From an uncultured bacterium (GTDB lineage Bacteria > Gemmatimonadota > Gemmatimonadetes > Palauibacterales > Palauibacteraceae), in NCBI GenBank assembly GCA_965371255.1, contig CBDUXS010000001.1, positions 1 to 30,861 on the forward strand: a DNA stretch of 30,861 bases, in the 5' to 3' direction. Positions 26,835 through 30,861 of this stretch are shown one piece after another. The notes beneath the pieces are model-generated. The model had not been told where the DNA came from. It did no database searches and saw only the letters and a program-made list of their open reading frames with translations. Each line of letters begins with the position of its first letter. The stretch's first letter is position 1. The translations under genes and the position numbers were made by a program.

Positions 26835-27889
26835 TGGAGCAACACCAGCTCGGAGCAGAACCCGGGACCCATTGCCAGCATCAGTCCCCAACTGCCGTCT
26901 TCGGGTGGGCTGTTGGCCATCGTTTCTCGGAGTACCATGAGTACGGATGCGCTGGACAGGTTTCCGACTTCGGCCAACGACGACCAGGTGTGGCGGAGCT
27001 CCTCGCGTGGAAGGTCCAGTGCACGTTGGAGCGCCTCCAGGACCCTGGGGCCGCCCGGATGCGCCACCCACGACGAGATGTCATCCCGGACGAGCCCGTG
27101 GTCGGCCAGGAATCCGTCGACGTCTGCCGCAATCCGCATTTCCATGACGATCGGTACTTCCGCCGAGAGGACGATTCGGAAGCCGTCGCTGCCGATCTTC
27201 CAGCCCATCACGTCTTCCGTATCCGGGTAGAACACCGCCCGCGTCGCGACGACCCGCGGTCCTGAGCGACTTGCGGCGGCGGGATGCTCGGCGCCGACCA
27301 GCACGACGGCCGCCGCACCATCCCCGAACAGCCCGCTGGCGATCAGGTTGGGAATCGAGACGTCTTTTCGCTGCAGGGTCAGGCTGCACAGTTCGACCGA
27401 GAGCAGAACTGCCACCTGGTCCGGGAAGGCCCGCAGGTAGTCGGCGGCCCGTGCGACGCCCGCCACACCTGCCACACAGCCAAGCCCGAAAATCGGTGTC
27501 CGTTTGATGTTCGGTGAGAGGTCGAGACGATTGACGATCAGGGCATCGATCGACGGGGTCGCGACCCCCGTCACCGTCACGAAGAACAGGTGGTCAAGAT
27601 CGGACGATCGCAGGCCCGAACGGGACAGGCCGTCCAGGATCGCGGCGGAGCCGAGCTCCGGGGCATGCTCGACAAAGGCATCATTCGCCGCCGTGAAGGA
27701 GTCGAGTTCGGCGTATCGCTCCATCGGAAGCGTCAAGTACCGGCCTCCGACGAGGACATTTCTGTGCAACTGAGTGAGCCGCTCCGGATTAAACAGCTTC
27801 TCGCCCCACTCCCGCTCGAACGCCGTGACGAGCGTCTCCTGGTCGTAGTAGTGCTGCGGGAAGGCCCGGCCGACGGCAGCGATTCGCAT
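26828..27889 (-). CDS. Type III polyketide synthase (chalcone-synthase superfamily)
   Basis: Cys-His-Asn triad in GLGCVAG, VAHPGGP and GNLSSAS; also LFGDGAAA and AMGPGFCSE. Likely start ATG 27889 (MRIAAVG). Confidence 0.95.
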   Translation of the reverse strand: MRIAAVGRAFPQHYYDQETLVTAFEREWGEKLFNPERLTQLHRNVLVGGRYLTLPMERYAELDSFTAANDAFVEHAPELGSAAILDGLSRSGLRSSDLDHLFFVTVTGVATPSIDALIVNRLDLSPNIKRTPIFGLGCVAGVAGVARAADYLRAFPDQVAVLLSVELCSLTLQRKDVSIPNLIASGLFGDGAAAVVLVGAEHPAAASRSGPRVVATRAVFYPDTEDVMGWKIGSDGFRIVLSAEVPIVMEMRIAADVDGFLADHGLVRDDISSWVAHPGGPRVLEALQRALDLPREELRHTWSSLAEVGNLSSASVLMVLRETMANSPPEDGSWGLMLAMGPGFCSELVLLQW

Positions 27890-28114
27890 GTGTGTAATAC
27901 TCCCCACTGTTTTCCAGGAGCCGGGTACCCGGATGCATGGACAACATATGCGTGGCGGCTCGATTGGCAGTGGATCATCACCTCGACAGCGCCGCCCGTC
28001 GAGTGCGGAGCCAACGGCGATTCCCCGGAGCAGGCGCAGACGGACCGGGTTGACTACCATTGGCCGGGGACGGCCACACAGGCATGGGCACACAGACGAC
28101 GGGGAGGTGGACGC

Positions 28115-28867
28115 ATGGCACTCGACAACAACGCATTCTGCTGGCACGGAATCGTCAGCACGGACGCTGACGCCGCGAAGGAGTTCTATTCCGCCGCGAT
28201 CGGTTGGCAGAGCATGGAGCATGAATTCCCGAACGGCGAGACATCCACCATGTTCGCGGTGGCCGAATTTCCACGGGCGCACCTTCGCGCGCCGGAAGAG
28301 AATGAAACCTGCCGCTGGTCGAGCTACTTGCGTGTCGAGGACGTGGATGCGTCTACAGCGGCCTCTTCAGCCAACGGCGGCGGCGTCATCATGCCACCAA
28401 CCGATATCGCGCCCGGGCGGATGAGCGTGATCACCGCGCCGAGCGGCGCCCTGCTCTGCCTGTTTCATGAAGCGGACGTACAGGCGGCGATGAATGCGCC
28501 GGCGGGCGAAGGCAGCATCCACTGGACGGAGCTGCAGAGCAACGATGTCGAGGCGGATGTTGCGTGGCTCAAGGCCACGTTCGGTTTCGAGATCGATGAG
28601 ATGACGCATCCCGGCGGCACGTATTACATGCTGAACAGCGGCGGAAAACCACGGGGTGGCGTCACCCCATCAGTCAGTGACGCGGTCGCCGGCCGATGGC
28701 TGAATTGGGTCCATGTGGCCGATGTCGACGCCACTCTCGGTCGCGTCACGAATTCCGGAGGACAGGCGGTGACGGAGGCCAGCGACTACCCGGGAGTCGG
28801 TCGCATGGCGATCGCCAGAGATCCCACGGGAGCCGTGTTCGGCGTGATTGCGCCGACGGCCAGCTAA
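28115..28867 (+). CDS. VOC/glyoxalase family protein, two tandem domains
   Basis: FCWHGIVSTDADAAKEFY, YLRVEDVDA, IHWTELQSNDVEA, WVHVADVDATL, DPTGAVFGV; GGAGG RBS. Confidence 0.9.
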   Translation: MALDNNAFCWHGIVSTDADAAKEFYSAAIGWQSMEHEFPNGETSTMFAVAEFPRAHLRAPEENETCRWSSYLRVEDVDASTAASSANGGGVIMPPTDIAPGRMSVITAPSGALLCLFHEADVQAAMNAPAGEGSIHWTELQSNDVEADVAWLKATFGFEIDEMTHPGGTYYMLNSGGKPRGGVTPSVSDAVAGRWLNWVHVADVDATLGRVTNSGGQAVTEASDYPGVGRMAIARDPTGAVFGVIAPTAS

Positions 28868-28888
28868 CGAACGAGAGTAAGGCATCGC

Positions 28889-29347
28889 GTGAACGACACC
28901 GAAACTCACCCTGACGACCTGGGAGAAGCGTCGCAGAGACGGCTGGCCACGAGTGCCACGATTCACTGTCTCGCGGGGTGCGGGTTGGGTGAGGTCGTGG
29001 GTGTGGTGATCGGCGTTTCTCTCGGTCTGACGAGTATGGCGACCCTGGCCCTCGGGGTCAGCCTGGGATTCGTGTTCGGATTTGCCCTTGGAATCATGCC
29101 GCTGCTCCGAGCGAGCTTCAGCATGCAATGGGCCGTGAAACAGGTGCTCGTGGCCGAGGGCCTGAGCATCGCGGTGATGGAGACGGCGGAAGTGCTGGTC
29201 CAGGTCTACACGCCGGGCGTCATGGCTGCAGGTTTGAGCAGCCCGAGGTTCTGGGCGGGGATGTTGCTGGCGCTCACGGCGGGCTTTCTCGCCGCGTTTC
29301 CCGTCAACTACATCCTCGTGGGCAAGGGAGTCCGGCACCATCACTAA
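28889..29347 (+). CDS. DUF4396-like membrane protein
   Basis: ATIHCLAGCGLGEVVG, SIAVMETAE, GFLAAFPVNY, C-terminal RHHH; recognised by eye. Confidence 0.75.
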   Translation: MNDTETHPDDLGEASQRRLATSATIHCLAGCGLGEVVGVVIGVSLGLTSMATLALGVSLGFVFGFALGIMPLLRASFSMQWAVKQVLVAEGLSIAVMETAEVLVQVYTPGVMAAGLSSPRFWAGMLLALTAGFLAAFPVNYILVGKGVRHHH

Positions 29348-29450
29348 CCACGTGGTTCCCCTGGATGAATTGCGTGAACCACACTGGAAGCGCAGTTGTT
29401 TGACGTTTGTTCTTGACTGTGAGCGACGGCGGGCCGAAAGGAGGCGCACC

Positions 29451-29735
29451 ATGCGTGTTTCCATGCGAAGCCTGTTCCTGGTTCCCATCCTGATCGCGGC
29501 CGGTATTCTCACGTCCGCTTGTGCGTCCGGCGGTAACAGGGTGAGCGACGTAGGCCTACAAGCTTCCGGTGAGCCGTCTTCAGGCTGCCCGCGCGGGGAG
29601 CAGGGCCGGGCCATCGATCGCATCGAGCTGCCGGTTGAATCTATCGCTAACGTGCACAAAAATACGTCTGATTGGGTGGACAGGCCGACCGTGGTCCTCG
29701 TCAATCGTTTTACCGATCCCAGGTGTCAGCGCTAA
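29451..29735 (+). CDS. Small hypothetical lipoprotein (94 aa)
   Basis: AAGGAGG RBS, signal peptide with lipobox LTSAC, two further Cys (GCP, RCQ). Confidence 0.65.
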   Translation: MRVSMRSLFLVPILIAAGILTSACASGGNRVSDVGLQASGEPSSGCPRGEQGRAIDRIELPVESIANVHKNTSDWVDRPTVVLVNRFTDPRCQR

Positions 29736-30034
29736 GCCCGTCCCCTGATCTTCGCGAACCACCAGCGAAGGCCCACCAGTAGAAATCGCCAGTCGCGGAA
29801 GAATTCGGGCGGTTTTCCCTCGAAGGCGTGCCCCACGAACTGGAAGATCCAGCCGACGACAAATAGACCCAGCGCGAAAGGCCACAGACCTGCGACGAAT
29901 ACCGACACTCCGAACAGCAGGATCGACACGCCGATCATCGGGATTCCCAGCGTGTGGAGAAACCTGTTCACGGGATTCTGGTGGCTCGTCGCGTACTGCT
30001 CCACCCACTCTTCCATCGGCCTGTCACCCAGCAT
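29732..30034 (-). CDS. DUF962 (Mpo1-like) membrane protein
   Basis: YATSHQNPVNRFLHTLGIP, WIFQFVGHAFEGKPPEFF; AGGAGGA RBS before ATG 30034. Confidence 0.88.
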   Translation of the reverse strand: MLGDRPMEEWVEQYATSHQNPVNRFLHTLGIPMIGVSILLFGVSVFVAGLWPFALGLFVVGWIFQFVGHAFEGKPPEFFRDWRFLLVGLRWWFAKIRGRA

Positions 30035-30133
30035 GGATCCTCCTATCGGGGGACTGGTGTGCTCCAATTCAATGACCGGAACGGCTACGGCTGCAGCTGC
30101 GGCGATTGGAGGAGCCGGATTCGGCCCGCCGCA

Positions 30134-30679
30134 TCAGCAGCCTCCCGCCAGGCCCGGAAGACATTTCGGCATTTTGAATTTCCTTGAACTCTCCGATGTC
30201 GGTTTTCCGAATATCGCGACTAACTCATCGCGCGTTGCTGGGAGTTCAACCAGCCTCGTACCGGCGCGATTGCCGATAGCGACGTCTCTTGCAGCGCCTT
30301 TGTCATGGGTCCATCCCATTGTCTCGATGAGTCTCAGTTGGTCAAACTCATTGAACAACACTGTGAGTTGACCTTTGGGATATCGGAAGAAGAAGCGGCT
30401 TCCAGAATCCCAATCCAGGTTTTCTTGAGGACTGCCCAATTCAACGAGCTTCCGGACGGTCAACCGACTTGGTCTGAGCACTCTGCCATCAGGCAACCGG
30501 ACGGAGAATCCTGGGGCGCTACCGCGAGTTTCGTTCGCTTTCCACGAAACTTGCCTGTATGAGGTGGTACTTCCCCACGTCCAGCCAGAGGCACGGACAC
30601 CGGGCCAGTCCGCCGTGTGCTCGTATCCGCAGCCGGCCAGAGTAGTCACCATCAAACCAACAAGTACACAACGTGGCAT
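30134..30679 (-). CDS. Hypothetical lipoprotein, lower GC than neighbours
   Basis: MPRCVLVGLMVTTLAGC lipobox, 181-aa open frame. Confidence 0.65.
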   Translation of the reverse strand: MPRCVLVGLMVTTLAGCGYEHTADWPGVRASGWTWGSTTSYRQVSWKANETRGSAPGFSVRLPDGRVLRPSRLTVRKLVELGSPQENLDWDSGSRFFFRYPKGQLTVLFNEFDQLRLIETMGWTHDKGAARDVAIGNRAGTRLVELPATRDELVAIFGKPTSESSRKFKMPKCLPGLAGGC

Positions 30680-30807
30680 GAGATCTTTTCGTCGATTCTC
30701 GCCTGCGGTTCGGATGCGTGGGGCTCCCGTGATCAAGGTATACCGACAGTACGCACTGGCCAGTCGCAACAGACGGTCAGACCATGTGTTCCGTAGCTAC
30801 AACTCAA

Positions 30808-30861
30808 TGACCGGGGTGGGGATCGAACCCACGACCTACGGATTAAAAGTCCGTTGCTCTA
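30808..30861 (-). tRNA. tRNA-Lys (anticodon UUU), 5' end outside the window
   Basis: Reverse complement TAGAGCA-ACGGA-CTTTTAA-TCCGT-AGGTC-GTGGG-TTCGATC-CCCAC-CCCGGTC-A: anticodon arm, T arm and acceptor 3' strand; CCA not encoded. Confidence 0.95.

Noticed and set aside
27921-27932. Perfect 12-bp palindrome CCGGGTACCCGG in the divergent PKS/VOC intergenic region
   Set aside because: GC-rich and single-copy; could be an operator but is not distinguishable from chance by eye.
29346-29382. AACCACGTGGTT palindrome and GTGGTTC/GAACCAC inverted repeat after the DUF4396-like gene
   Set aside because: Long loop and no U-tract, so weak as a terminator; no other support.
1-30861. CRISPR arrays, transposases, integrases, att repeats, rRNA
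   Set aside because: No regularly spaced repeats, recombinase motifs or duplicate of the tRNA 3' end were found by eye.

Overview
GC-rich bacterial chromosomal window (diderm; the lipoprotein and 6-bladed-propeller content suggests Gemmatimonadota, inference only). Most genes are on the minus strand. (1) A 13-gene, translationally coupled ~15.5 kb redox operon (16208->682): 2-oxoacid:ferredoxin oxidoreductase alpha/beta (korAB-like), a 340-aa protein that reads as a catalytically stripped copy of the PFOR TPP domain, rnfB, a 1671-aa NifJ-type pyruvate:ferredoxin oxidoreductase with a tethered C-terminal ferredoxin, rnfCDGEA, a 48-aa membrane microprotein with CX3CX2CX3C, apbE and an 11-Cys protein. 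(2) A porin / 12-heme lipoprotein cytochrome c / TPR lipoprotein operon followed by a 60-aa membrane protein and a short CDF transporter. (3) A beta-propeller lipoprotein. (4) A type III PKS / methyltransferase / ACP / FAAL / flavin monooxygenase cluster (ftp/srs-type phenolic lipids). (5) Small accessory genes, a lower-GC lipoprotein gene and a partial tRNA-Lys(UUU) at the right edge. No CRISPR, integrase or transposase was seen. All family calls are from motif recognition by eye; no searches were run.
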